From positions 1 through 64,000 of the forward strand of contig JBHHXN010000006.1 of assembly GCA_046757025.1 (NCBI GenBank): 64,000 nt of DNA, in the 5' to 3' direction. The stretch is from a bacterium (lineage in GTDB: Bacteria; Zhuqueibacterota; Zhuqueibacteria; Oceanimicrobiales; Oceanimicrobiaceae). A program made the translations under genes and the position numbers. Positions 20,956 to 30,158 of the stretch are shown here, in pieces (the first letter of the stretch is position 1; every line of letters starts with the position of its first letter). The notes below the pieces were generated by a model. That model did not search any database. It was not told where the DNA came from and saw only the letters and a program-made list of their open reading frames with translations.

Positions 20956-21933
20956 ATGACTGACCAAAGGCGCTCGGTATTAAGTACCGGTTTAGGCAAA
21001 TTGTTAATGGGCGTGGCAGCATTAATCGTGGTGGTGGTAGTTTATTTCGCATTTTTTGAACCGTGGCCGGGCGGTGAAGACCTGTCTGGCACCATCGGCG
21101 GCGTTCAAAAAGCCAAAAAAGAGATCGCTGAACAGATCAGCGATGAGGATGTCACAATTCAGGATGCGGAAATTCAAAGCGTCGTGCAGAGCGAGGTGTT
21201 TCAAAAATTGATCACCGACAGCGATTTCCAGCATATTTTGGCTCGCGAAGATTTTCAGATGATGTTAGCCCGAGAGGACTTCCAGAACTTGCTGGCGCGG
21301 GAAGATTTTCAGCTCATGTTAGCCCGGGATGATTTCCAGCATCTGCTGGCTCGCGAAGATTTCCAAAATCTCCTGAATCGGGAAGATTTTCAACTGATGA
21401 TGGCTCGGGAAGATTTCCAGCATCTGCTGGCTCGGGATGATTTCCGCAATCTATTAGCCCGGGAAGATTTTCAGCTCATGCTGGAACGAGAAGACTTTCG
21501 CAACATGCTGGCACGTGAAGATTTTCAGAAAGTCATGGCCAGAGAAGATTTCAGGAAAGTCATGGAACGCGAAGACTTTCAAAATTTGCTGGCCAGAGAA
21601 GATTTTCAACATTTATTGGCCCGGGAAGATTTCCAGAATATGTTGGCACGAGAGGATTTTAGGCACCTGTTGGCGAGAGAGGATTTTCGCCATCTTTTGG
21701 CCCGGGAAGATTTTCGCATGATGCTGGCCCGCGAGGACTTTCAGCATTTACTGGCACGGGAAGATTTTCGGCACTTGCTGGCGCGAGAGGATTTTCAACA
21801 CCTTCTGGCCCGGGAAGATTTTCGCTTAATGATGGCACGGGAAGATTTTCAAAAAGTCATGGCGCGTGAGGATTTTCAACGTATGCTTGAAAGAGAAGAT
21901 TTTCAAAAAATTGCCACATCGGATGTGAAGTAA
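20956..21933 (+). CDS. Membrane-anchored tandem-repeat protein with 25 copies of a 9-aa (Q/R)xxxAREDF-type unit
   Basis: GGAGG RBS 5 nt before ATG 20956; N-terminal TM LLMGVAALIVVVVVYFAFF; repeats at 21229-21903. Confidence 0.9.
   Translation: MTDQRRSVLSTGLGKLLMGVAALIVVVVVYFAFFEPWPGGEDLSGTIGGVQKAKKEIAEQISDEDVTIQDAEIQSVVQSEVFQKLITDSDFQHILAREDFQMMLAREDFQNLLAREDFQLMLARDDFQHLLAREDFQNLLNREDFQLMMAREDFQHLLARDDFRNLLAREDFQLMLEREDFRNMLAREDFQKVMAREDFRKVMEREDFQNLLAREDFQHLLAREDFQNMLAREDFRHLLAREDFRHLLAREDFRMMLAREDFQHLLAREDFRHLLAREDFQHLLAREDFRLMMAREDFQKVMAREDFQRMLEREDFQKIATSDVK
21229..21903 (+). repeat. 27-bp coding tandem repeat x25, synonymously diverged
   Basis: Recurring CGNGA(A/G/T)GA(T/C)TT(T/C)-like unit every 27 nt, with codon usage varying between copies. 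Confidence 0.95.
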
Positions 21934-22009
21934 CGAGCAAAGAAATGCTCATTTTTACGGGCGAAAAGCCCTCCTATCATTAATTGTTTTAATCCAAGCT
22001 AAAACAGAC

Positions 22010-22051
22010 GGAGATGTTGTAGCCTCTCTATGGCATCTCCTTCTTATTTTT
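22010..22051 (+). terminator. Putative intrinsic terminator or attenuating hairpin after the repeat-protein gene
   Basis: GGAGATGTTGTAG / CTATGGCATCTCC stem (with G-U pairs) followed by TTCTTATTTTT. Confidence 0.55.
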
Positions 22052-22193
22052 AAATAAAGGGATAGCTGAAAATTGAGTATCTTTCCTGAGATGCGTGCTC
22101 TCTTTTTAGGATTCCTTGCCGGTGAAACCACCTTCCGGTTTGAATTGAAAATTAGTAAACATTCTGTACTTGAATAAATCACAAAAAAAGACT

Positions 22194-25139
22194 ATGAGAA
22201 AGGTTGTAACTGTAAGCGGGTTATTATGGTATTGGCTGTTTATCGTTTCATCTTTATTCGGCCAAATAAACACTTTAGAAACCGAAAATTTACGACTGAT
22301 TTATTTTAGTAAGATTCATTCGTTTCTGGTACCGCATGTGGCGCGTTGCTTTGAAAATTCCTTGAAATTTCATCGTGAACTTTTTGATTACACTCCTTCC
22401 GAAAAAATCACGGTGATGCTGCATGATTTTAATGATTTCGGCAATGCCGGCGCCGATGCCGTCCCCCGAAACAATATCGTCGTCGGCATCGCCCCATATC
22501 GCTATGTTTACGAAACTTCGCCCGCGAATGAGCGAATGAATTCCACCATGAATCACGAGCTGGCACACGTGGTGGCTATGGATAAAGCCAACAGCGTGGA
22601 TGGCTTTTTTCGAAAAGTGTTCTGGGGTAAAGTTGCCATCACACCCGATAATCCCATTTCCATGTTTTACAGTTTCTTAACCACGCCCCGTAGATATTCA
22701 CCGCGCTGGTATCACGAAGGCCTGGCGGTTTTTCTGGAAACATGGATGGCCGGAGGCCTGGGTAGAGCGCTTGGAGCGTACGACGAAATGGTTTTCAGGA
22801 CACTTGTAAGAGACCAGGGACGCATTTATGATCTGGTAGGGCTGGAATCGGAAGGAGTGAAAATCGATTTTCAGGTTGGCGTTAATTCCTACCTCTATGG
22901 CACTCGTTTTATGAGCTACCTTGCCTATGAATTCGGTCCGAAAAGTTTGATCCAGTGGGCTGCACGTACTAACGGCAGCCGGGGATATTTTGCTTCGCAA
23001 TTTAAAAAAACGTACGGCCTGTCCCTGAATGACGCCTGGGCGCAGTGGATTCGATGGGAAAACCAGTTTCAGCAATCCAACTTAAAAGCGATTCGAACGA
23101 ATCCTACTACGCCGATTCGGGAGATCTTAAATCAAGCCCTGGGCTCGGTCTCGCAAGCTTTTTATGACTCATCAACAGCGAAGGTTTACACGGCCATGCG
23201 CTATCCGGGTCAAATTGCGTCGATTGTGGAAATTGATTTTACCAGCGGCCGGACGCAGAAAATATGCGACATCAAGGGCCCCGCTCTGTATTATGTGGCT
23301 TCGCTTACTTATGACCCGCAGAACGCCACCATTTTTTATACCACTGACAACAACGATTGGCGGGACCTGCGCTCGATGAATGTCAAGACCCATCGCGGGA
23401 AAACGCTGCTTAAAGATGTACGAACCGGCGATATAGTATTCAATCAGGCTGATGGCTCCATCTGGGGAGTACGGCATTATAATGGCCTGTCAACCATCGT
23501 GCGCATTCCACATCCGTACAAAGAGTGGAATCAAATCTATTCCTGGCCTTACGGTCAGGATGTTTACGACCTCGCTATCAGTCCGGATGGCAAACTTTTA
23601 ACCGTCTCTTTGATTGACGTAAGTGGAAAGCAGAAGTTGATCCTCCTGGAAATTTCGAAATTGATGAGTGGAGACGCCTCGTTTAAGGTGCTGTTTGATT
23701 TTGAACATAATTCACCGGAGAATTTTGTTTTTTCACCAAACGGTAAATACCTTTACGGGACTTCCTATTATTCTGGCGTCTCAAATGTCTTTCGTTTTGA
23801 TTTGGCTGAAAATGACCTGTCCGTTATCAGCAATTGCGAAACCGGCTTTTTCCGGCCAGTGCCCGTTTCTCAGGATTCCCTTTTGGTTTTTCGGTACACC
23901 AGCAAAGGCTTTGTGCCGGTCATGATCGCCAGTACCCCCATCGAAAATGTTAGCGCCATCAAATTTTTGGGTCAGGAAACTATAGACAAACATCCCTTGG
24001 TTAAAAATTGGATGGCCGGAACGCCAACATCCGTGAATATCGATTCCCTGACAATCTATTCAGGCGCTTATCACGGCCTCGCGAATATTGGACTGGCCTC
24101 GGCTTATCCCGTGGTGGAGGGCTATAAAGATTTCGCTGCTTTAGGAATGCGGTTCAATTTTTCCGGTCCAGTGGGGTTGCATAATTTAGCACTCACCGCT
24201 TCTTATTCCATTGATAATGATTCACCGGATGATGAAAAACTTCATTTGCAGCTCAGTTACGATTATTTAAATTGGGAGATTTCAGCAAGATACAACGCTT
24301 CAAATTTTTACGATTTGTTTGGGCCCACCAAATCCAGCCGCAAAGGTTATTCTTTGAGTTTGCGCTACAAAAAATCGCTGTTGTACGACGGGCCTAAGCG
24401 TATGGGTTACACCGTTCATCTGGCCGGATTTGGGAATTTAGAAACCCTTCCCGATTTTCAAAACATCAGCGCGCCGTTCGATAAATTTTTAACTTTCAAT
24501 GTGAATTATTACTACCAGGATATCCGCAAATCACTTGGCGCGGTTGACGATGAGAAGGGTTTTAAGTGGCAAATCGTCGCCAACAACAATTACGTGAACA
24601 AAAAGCTGTTTCCACGGGCTTTTACCACTTTAGATTTGGGAGTGCCACTACCTTTTGGGCACTCCTCCATCTGGCTTCGAAGCGCAGTGGGGCAGTCGGC
24701 CAGCAAGCGCAGTGACCGTCTGGTGCAATTTGGACAGTTTTTCTTCGGCGGTTTTGGCAATAATTGGGTGGACCATCTTGGCGAGAAAAGATATCGCGAA
24801 CATTACAGCTTTCCCGGACTCGAGCTCAATGAGGTAGGAGGGACCAATTTTGGTAAATTCATGTTGGAATGGAATCTGCCGCCGTTGAGATTTCGACGGG
24901 TGGGTTCGCCCTCGCTATATGCTACCTGGCTGCGTACCACGCTATTCGCCTCCGGCCTGACCACTAATTTCGATGACAAAAGCGTTCGGCGCGAGCTTTT
25001 TAATTTTGGTGGACAAATCGATGTGCGATTCAGCATGCTGTCACATTTGAAAGCGACTTTGTCGTTCGGCTACGCAGCCGCAATTGAACGACATCAGGAT
25101 GTTTCCAAAGAATTTATGGTCTCCTTGAAAATATTGTAA
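22194..25139 (+). CDS. Exported protein: gluzincin-like metallopeptidase domain + TolB/PD40-like beta-propeller + probable outer-membrane beta-barrel
   Basis: Signal peptide; NHELAH (HExxH) then PRWYHEGLA; propeller repeats LAISPDGK, FVFSPNGK; C-terminal alternating aromatic beta-strands; start at MRKVV inferred. Confidence 0.75.
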   Translation: MRKVVTVSGLLWYWLFIVSSLFGQINTLETENLRLIYFSKIHSFLVPHVARCFENSLKFHRELFDYTPSEKITVMLHDFNDFGNAGADAVPRNNIVVGIAPYRYVYETSPANERMNSTMNHELAHVVAMDKANSVDGFFRKVFWGKVAITPDNPISMFYSFLTTPRRYSPRWYHEGLAVFLETWMAGGLGRALGAYDEMVFRTLVRDQGRIYDLVGLESEGVKIDFQVGVNSYLYGTRFMSYLAYEFGPKSLIQWAARTNGSRGYFASQFKKTYGLSLNDAWAQWIRWENQFQQSNLKAIRTNPTTPIREILNQALGSVSQAFYDSSTAKVYTAMRYPGQIASIVEIDFTSGRTQKICDIKGPALYYVASLTYDPQNATIFYTTDNNDWRDLRSMNVKTHRGKTLLKDVRTGDIVFNQADGSIWGVRHYNGLSTIVRIPHPYKEWNQIYSWPYGQDVYDLAISPDGKLLTVSLIDVSGKQKLILLEISKLMSGDASFKVLFDFEHNSPENFVFSPNGKYLYGTSYYSGVSNVFRFDLAENDLSVISNCETGFFRPVPVSQDSLLVFRYTSKGFVPVMIASTPIENVSAIKFLGQETIDKHPLVKNWMAGTPTSVNIDSLTIYSGAYHGLANIGLASAYPVVEGYKDFAALGMRFNFSGPVGLHNLALTASYSIDNDSPDDEKLHLQLSYDYLNWEISARYNASNFYDLFGPTKSSRKGYSLSLRYKKSLLYDGPKRMGYTVHLAGFGNLETLPDFQNISAPFDKFLTFNVNYYYQDIRKSLGAVDDEKGFKWQIVANNNYVNKKLFPRAFTTLDLGVPLPFGHSSIWLRSAVGQSASKRSDRLVQFGQFFFGGFGNNWVDHLGEKRYREHYSFPGLELNEVGGTNFGKFMLEWNLPPLRFRRVGSPSLYATWLRTTLFASGLTTNFDDKSVRRELFNFGGQIDVRFSMLSHLKATLSFGYAAAIERHQDVSKEFMVSLKIL

Positions 25140-25153
25140 GAAGTGCCCCAAAG

Positions 25154-26158
25154 ATGACCGAATTTATGCGCATGGTTGTCAGCATCCTGCCGGTGTTTTT
25201 GTTTCTGGCGGCGCTGATCGTGTTCGACAGCTACAAACTTGTAAAATTGCAAACCGTGGTACTGACCATTCTGATAGGGTGTTTAGCCGCATTGATTTGT
25301 TTTTTAGTAAACAATCAATTGTACTCACAATTGGAGGTCGATTTCAAAACATTCATTCGATATGTTTCGCCGTTCACTGAGGAAAGTGTGAAATCGATTT
25401 ACATCATCTATTTGCTGAGAAAGCATAAAGTGGGTTTTCTGGTGGATTCAGCTATCTACGGTTTCGCTATCGGTACAGGTTTTGCTTTCATCGAAAACGT
25501 ATTTTATTTACATTCGGTACAAAATTCAAATTTTCTGATCTGGGTGGTACGCGGTTTCGGCACCGCCGTGATGCATGGAACGGCAACGGCATTTTTGGCG
25601 GTGTTTTCAAAAAGTTTGTCTGATTGGAACCAATCCGTAAAGTGGTTTCTGTTATTGCCCGGACTGCTGGCTGCGGTGTTCACGCATTCATTTTACAATC
25701 ACTTTTTTTTGCCACCGGCGGTCATCACGCTGGCCTTTGTTGTCTTGTTACCAATGGTTTTTGTGGCGCTCTTTGAAAGGAGTGAAAAGATAACTCGCAA
25801 GTGGTTGGGAGTGGGATTTGACACCGATGTGGAATTGCTTGAAATGATCGTTTCGGGTAAAATATCAGAAACCCGCATCGGCAAATACCTGGACAGTTTG
25901 AAAAACCACTTTCCCGGAGAAGTTGTTGCCGACTTGTTTTGTCTGCTGAGAATAAACTTGGAACTGGCTATTCGTGCAAAAGGCATTTTGCTGATGCGAC
26001 AATCGGGGTTTAAAGCCGCAGCGGCTCCTGACATAAAACAAAAATTGGAAGAATTACAGTACCTTGAAAAAAGTATAGGCAGAACCGGCAAACTCGCCAT
26101 CCTGCCGTTTTTACATACCAGTCATCGCGATCTCTGGCAGTTGTACATGGTCAAATAA
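25154..26158 (+). CDS. prsW: PrsW family intramembrane metalloprotease
   Basis: Multi-TM; PFTEESVK (EExxK), GFAFIENVFY (FxxxE), VMHGT, HSFYNH (HxxxN). Confidence 0.85.
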   Translation: MTEFMRMVVSILPVFLFLAALIVFDSYKLVKLQTVVLTILIGCLAALICFLVNNQLYSQLEVDFKTFIRYVSPFTEESVKSIYIIYLLRKHKVGFLVDSAIYGFAIGTGFAFIENVFYLHSVQNSNFLIWVVRGFGTAVMHGTATAFLAVFSKSLSDWNQSVKWFLLLPGLLAAVFTHSFYNHFFLPPAVITLAFVVLLPMVFVALFERSEKITRKWLGVGFDTDVELLEMIVSGKISETRIGKYLDSLKNHFPGEVVADLFCLLRINLELAIRAKGILLMRQSGFKAAAAPDIKQKLEELQYLEKSIGRTGKLAILPFLHTSHRDLWQLYMVK

Positions 26159-26299
26159 TCGTTGACAATATAGAGAAATATTCATAATTTTTTAACACCT
26201 CAACTGAGCGATTCATCATCGGGGGATTAGGGTGTTCAAGTTTTGCTTGAGGGAAGATATCAGACCACATTTTTTTCATTTTTAAAATGAGAGGAAACT

Positions 26300-27643
26300 T
26301 TGTTTACTTCGTCATCTGATCAGAAAGACCTGGCGGATAATGGCTTGACTACAGATGTTAAAAACATCATAGCAAAAAAAGACGATGAGATACAAAAACT
26401 TAAATCTGCGGTTGAAGAGTTAAGCGTATTAAACGATTTAGCTATTGATGCCAGCCTCTCCTTGGAAGTGGATCAGATGCTGGACATCATCGTGGAAAAA
26501 TCCATCAAGGCTGTGAAAGCAGAACAGGGCTCCATTTTGCTGGTTACGGAACAGGCTGATTCGCCATTAAAAACGCTCATTCGGCAGGCAGATGCAAGGA
26601 GCCGATTGCTCACTTACCGGGTGGGTACGCACATCACCGGCTGGGTGCTCAAAAATCAAAAACCGCTGATGATTGAAGATCTGGCAAACGACGACCGATT
26701 CCGGCCCACGGAGCAGGAAAGCAAAGAAATCCGTTCTGTTCTGTGTGTCCCCATCCGCTTAAAAGCCAAAATCATCGGTATTCTCATGGTGACCAACAAA
26801 AAGACCATGCAACCGTTTAGCGAAAGCGATTTGCGGCTGCTCTCCATCATCGCAGCGCAATCCGGCCAGCTCATTCGCAATTCACAACTGCAGCAGGAAG
26901 CCCTGGAAAAGAAACGATTGCAAGACGAATTAGCGGTGGCGCGCAAAATTCAACTTAGCTTACTGCCGAAAACCAGCCCGGAGATTGAGAATTTTGAAAT
27001 TGCCAATTACTTTAATCCGGCTACCGAGGTAGGCGGCGACTATTTCGACTATTTTCAGTTCGATGATTCACAATTTGGTCTTGTGCTGGCGGACGTCTCC
27101 GGACATGGGCCGTCTGCTGCCCTAGTGATGACGTTGGTTAAAGGTATTTTACACGCCATCACCCACAAATTCAGCTCTCCCGATACCTTGTTGGCGGAAA
27201 TGAATAAAATTCTCAGCGAGGTCATTCCCAAAGAGGTGTTTGTGACAATGGTGTTTTTAGTATTTGATCTGAAAGAAAACACACTGCGATTTTCCAATGC
27301 CGGGCATAATCCTATATTACACTATTCTCTCGATGGTAAGTCCTGTGGTAAAATAGAGCTCAAGGGCCCCGCACTCGGATTAACCAGTTTATCCGTGTAT
27401 CAGCAAATGGATATCCCCCTGTTTTCCGGGGACGTTATTTTAATTTACACCGACGGCGTGACCGAAGCTTTCAATCAAAAAGGTGACATGTTCGAAGAAG
27501 AGCGACTGCGGCAGGCTTTAAAACAGACCGCGTCGTACGACGCCCGCGCCATCATCGAAAATCTGCGAATGGCGCTTTATACATTTAAAGACGGCGCTCC
27601 GCAGGCTGATGACGAAGCCATGATCGCCGTAAAAATCAAGTAA
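26300..27643 (+). CDS. GAF + SpoIIE/PP2C phosphatase (RsbU-like)
   Basis: TTG start behind GAGAGG; GAF (SVLCVPI...NKK...FSESDLRLL); VGGDYFD, ADVSGHG, YTDGVTEA, QADDEA. Confidence 0.92.
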   Translation: MFTSSSDQKDLADNGLTTDVKNIIAKKDDEIQKLKSAVEELSVLNDLAIDASLSLEVDQMLDIIVEKSIKAVKAEQGSILLVTEQADSPLKTLIRQADARSRLLTYRVGTHITGWVLKNQKPLMIEDLANDDRFRPTEQESKEIRSVLCVPIRLKAKIIGILMVTNKKTMQPFSESDLRLLSIIAAQSGQLIRNSQLQQEALEKKRLQDELAVARKIQLSLLPKTSPEIENFEIANYFNPATEVGGDYFDYFQFDDSQFGLVLADVSGHGPSAALVMTLVKGILHAITHKFSSPDTLLAEMNKILSEVIPKEVFVTMVFLVFDLKENTLRFSNAGHNPILHYSLDGKSCGKIELKGPALGLTSLSVYQQMDIPLFSGDVILIYTDGVTEAFNQKGDMFEEERLRQALKQTASYDARAIIENLRMALYTFKDGAPQADDEAMIAVKIK

Positions 27644-28029
27644 TATCAAATCAGTTTGATTTTTTAGTGTTAGAACGAAAGTCCGTTTTTGTCATTCTAC
27701 AGAAAATACAACTACCGATTTATTCTCAAAGTTGTAAACAGATTATGCAAATCAAATAATTGTGAGCTATTTTTAAAAGAACATCCCAGAGTACAGATTA
27801 GGACCGATCTTATGAAATATTCTCAAAAAAAATTCAATGAAAACAGTCTATGCTTGCTTTTTTGCGAATTTGGTTTTCTCACTTCAAGCATATTCTAGTG
27901 ATTTGTCTTCTGCTGGGTAGGCACTACTGACTTTGAAGAGCGGTCAGAGGTTATAATGAAAAATTGGTGGCATGTCTTTTAAATATAAAATACAATGTAA
28001 AATTCTGTAAAAGAAGGTGTTCTACCTTT

Positions 28030-28186
28030 AGAGGCTGTGTGAAAACACGCAAACTACGCGTCTGTCATTCTGCAGGCATCTTTTTTGTTTTGACGTAAAG
28101 TGCTGTTTATTAAAAAGATTTATCCAGAATGACATTGACGGTGAAATTGGTTATAAGTTGACATTTCGATTTTTCACACAGCCTCT
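28030..28186. mobile_element. MITE-like element, family B copy 2
   Basis: Perfect 16-bp TIR AGAGGCTGTGTGAAAA / TTTTCACACAGCCTCT; internal GTCATTCTG...CAGAATGAC palindrome. Confidence 0.7.
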
Positions 28187-28283
28187 TTAGGCGGCAGCAG
28201 GCCGAAGCTTGATCAACTCTCCACAAGTTCATTTTGCAGATGTCTAAAAAAAGCAATTATCATCGATAAAAGGAGCGTTTCCT

Positions 28284-29600
28284 TTGATAGAAATCAAAAA
28301 TTCAAAAAACCATGAAATAGCCAAGCTTACCGACGAAAACAACCGGCTAAAGAAATCCATTGAAGACCTGAAAATTATCAATGAACTGGCAAAAATTATC
28401 AGCTCAACCATTCCCGTGGAGCAGATTTTAAATAAAGTCACCACCGTGTCGGTTAGAGCCATTGGCGCGGAGCAGGGTACCATTTCATTGTTGAATGAAC
28501 AGGAAGAAGAGGATGAATTCAAAACGTTGATTCGAAAGGTCGATGCCTCAAAAGTGACCAACAAATATCGACTGGATGATGATTTGAGCGGCTGGATGAT
28601 TAAATATCGTAAACCGTTGATGATCACTAACTTTAATCAGGACCGTACCTTCAAAAGGCAATACGAAAATTCGGAGAAAATTCGCTCAATATTGAGTGTA
28701 CCGTTGGTATGCAAAGGCAAACTCATCGGCGTTTTGAATCTATTCAATAAAAAACAGGATGGCCAGTTTACGCTTGATGATCAACGCCTGTTATCCATCA
28801 TTGCATCGCAGTCGGCACAGGTGATTGAAAATGCCCGGTTATATGAAGAAGAGGAGCAGCTGCGTCTCATTGAGCAAGAGCTGAAAACGGCCCATGCCAT
28901 TCAGGTGGGACTGCTGCCGAAAGAGAGTCCGCGAATTAGCGGATTTGATGTGGCCGGCCGAAGTTATCCGGCCACAGAGGTAGGCGGCGACTATTTTGAT
29001 TTTATTGAACTGGATGACCACCTCTGGGGCATTGCGTTGGGCGATGTTTCGGGCAAAGGCATTCCGGCCGCGTTGCTGATGTCCAATTTACAGGCTACGC
29101 TGCGGAATCAGGCCTTGCACAACGCTTCTCTGGTTGAATGCATAGAAAAGGCTAATCAATTTTTGTGTTACAACACTGAATCCACCAAATTCGTCACGCT
29201 TTTTTGTGGAAAACTAAATTCAGAAAAGCGAACTTTTCAATTTGTCAATGCTGGACACAATTTTCCATTTTACCTTAACACCAAAGGGGAATTTGAAACG
29301 TTGGAAATCGGCGGGGTGGTACTCGGCATGATTCCCGAGTTTACCTTTGATCAAGGCGAGGTGCATTTGCAGCCTGGAGAAATTATTGTGGTTTATTCCG
29401 ACGGAGTGACCGAAGCAGAAAACGAACTAGAGGAATTGCTCGGTGAGGAACGGTTAAAAAACATTATTTTGGATAATCGTCATTTAAGTGCTCAGGAACT
29501 GGTTGAAATTATTTATCAAAAAGTGAAAGAATTTAGCGGTGCGGCGAAACAGGACGATGACATCACCATCGTCGTATTGAAAGCAGAAAACGCTCATTAA
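28284..29600 (+). CDS. GAF + SpoIIE/PP2C phosphatase (RsbU-like), second paralog
   Basis: TTG start behind AAGGAG; SILSVPL...NKK; VGGDYFD, GDVSGKG, YSDGVTEA, QDDDIT. Confidence 0.92.
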   Translation: MIEIKNSKNHEIAKLTDENNRLKKSIEDLKIINELAKIISSTIPVEQILNKVTTVSVRAIGAEQGTISLLNEQEEEDEFKTLIRKVDASKVTNKYRLDDDLSGWMIKYRKPLMITNFNQDRTFKRQYENSEKIRSILSVPLVCKGKLIGVLNLFNKKQDGQFTLDDQRLLSIIASQSAQVIENARLYEEEEQLRLIEQELKTAHAIQVGLLPKESPRISGFDVAGRSYPATEVGGDYFDFIELDDHLWGIALGDVSGKGIPAALLMSNLQATLRNQALHNASLVECIEKANQFLCYNTESTKFVTLFCGKLNSEKRTFQFVNAGHNFPFYLNTKGEFETLEIGGVVLGMIPEFTFDQGEVHLQPGEIIVVYSDGVTEAENELEELLGEERLKNIILDNRHLSAQELVEIIYQKVKEFSGAAKQDDDITIVVLKAENAH

Positions 29601-29639
29601 TAACGGATTCGGATAGCAAAAAGTCATTTGTCGAGTTGT

Positions 29640-30017
29640 ATGAAGATCATCTGTTTCCGGCTAATCTCAGGCATTTTTTGCACCCTCCTTCTGATCATGT
29701 TTAGTTGTAAAAACCGGCCTCCCGAAGATATCACCGATCCCGGACAATTGCTATATCTGGGCTATGTCAAAAAAAAAGTGAATTGTTCAAAATGTCACGG
29801 ACCGGACGGTCAGGGTGGATTGGACGCACCTGATATTCGGCCGGCTTTTAAGAAATTTGGCGAAAAAAAAATTGTCACGTTTATCCTGGAAGGCAAAGGC
29901 AAAGGTAAAAATGCCATGCCGCCGTTTGCCGATGAGATCACTTCTCTGGAGCTGGAGCAATTGATGCGCTTTCTGGAGACGCTTAAACCGCTTCCCGACA
30001 GCTTACAACCGGAGTAA
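29640..30017 (+). CDS. Monoheme cytochrome c lipoprotein
   Basis: Lipobox-like MFSC; heme motif CSKCH; distal Met in NAMPPF. Confidence 0.85.
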   Translation: MKIICFRLISGIFCTLLLIMFSCKNRPPEDITDPGQLLYLGYVKKKVNCSKCHGPDGQGGLDAPDIRPAFKKFGEKKIVTFILEGKGKGKNAMPPFADEITSLELEQLMRFLETLKPLPDSLQPE

Positions 30018-30019
30018 GT

Positions 30020-30060
30020 AAAAAAAGCGGCTATTCAATATCAAGAACAGCCGCTTTTCT
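30020..30060. terminator. Bidirectional intrinsic terminator
   Basis: AAAAGCGGCT...AGCCGCTTTT between the cytochrome c gene and the convergent kinase/peptide unit. Confidence 0.75.
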
Positions 30061-30158
30061 AATTGATCAAACCCTTCGCCTTTCACTGAAGGCAACAGTC
30101 GTCCTTCCCTGACAACAGAAAAGTCAATTTAATTTTGGGCATCAATCGAAAACATCAT

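Noticed and set aside
21229..21903. Possible CRISPR array (regular 27-nt periodicity)
   Set aside because: No unique spacers, variation is codon-structured inside an ORF, and no cas genes are present
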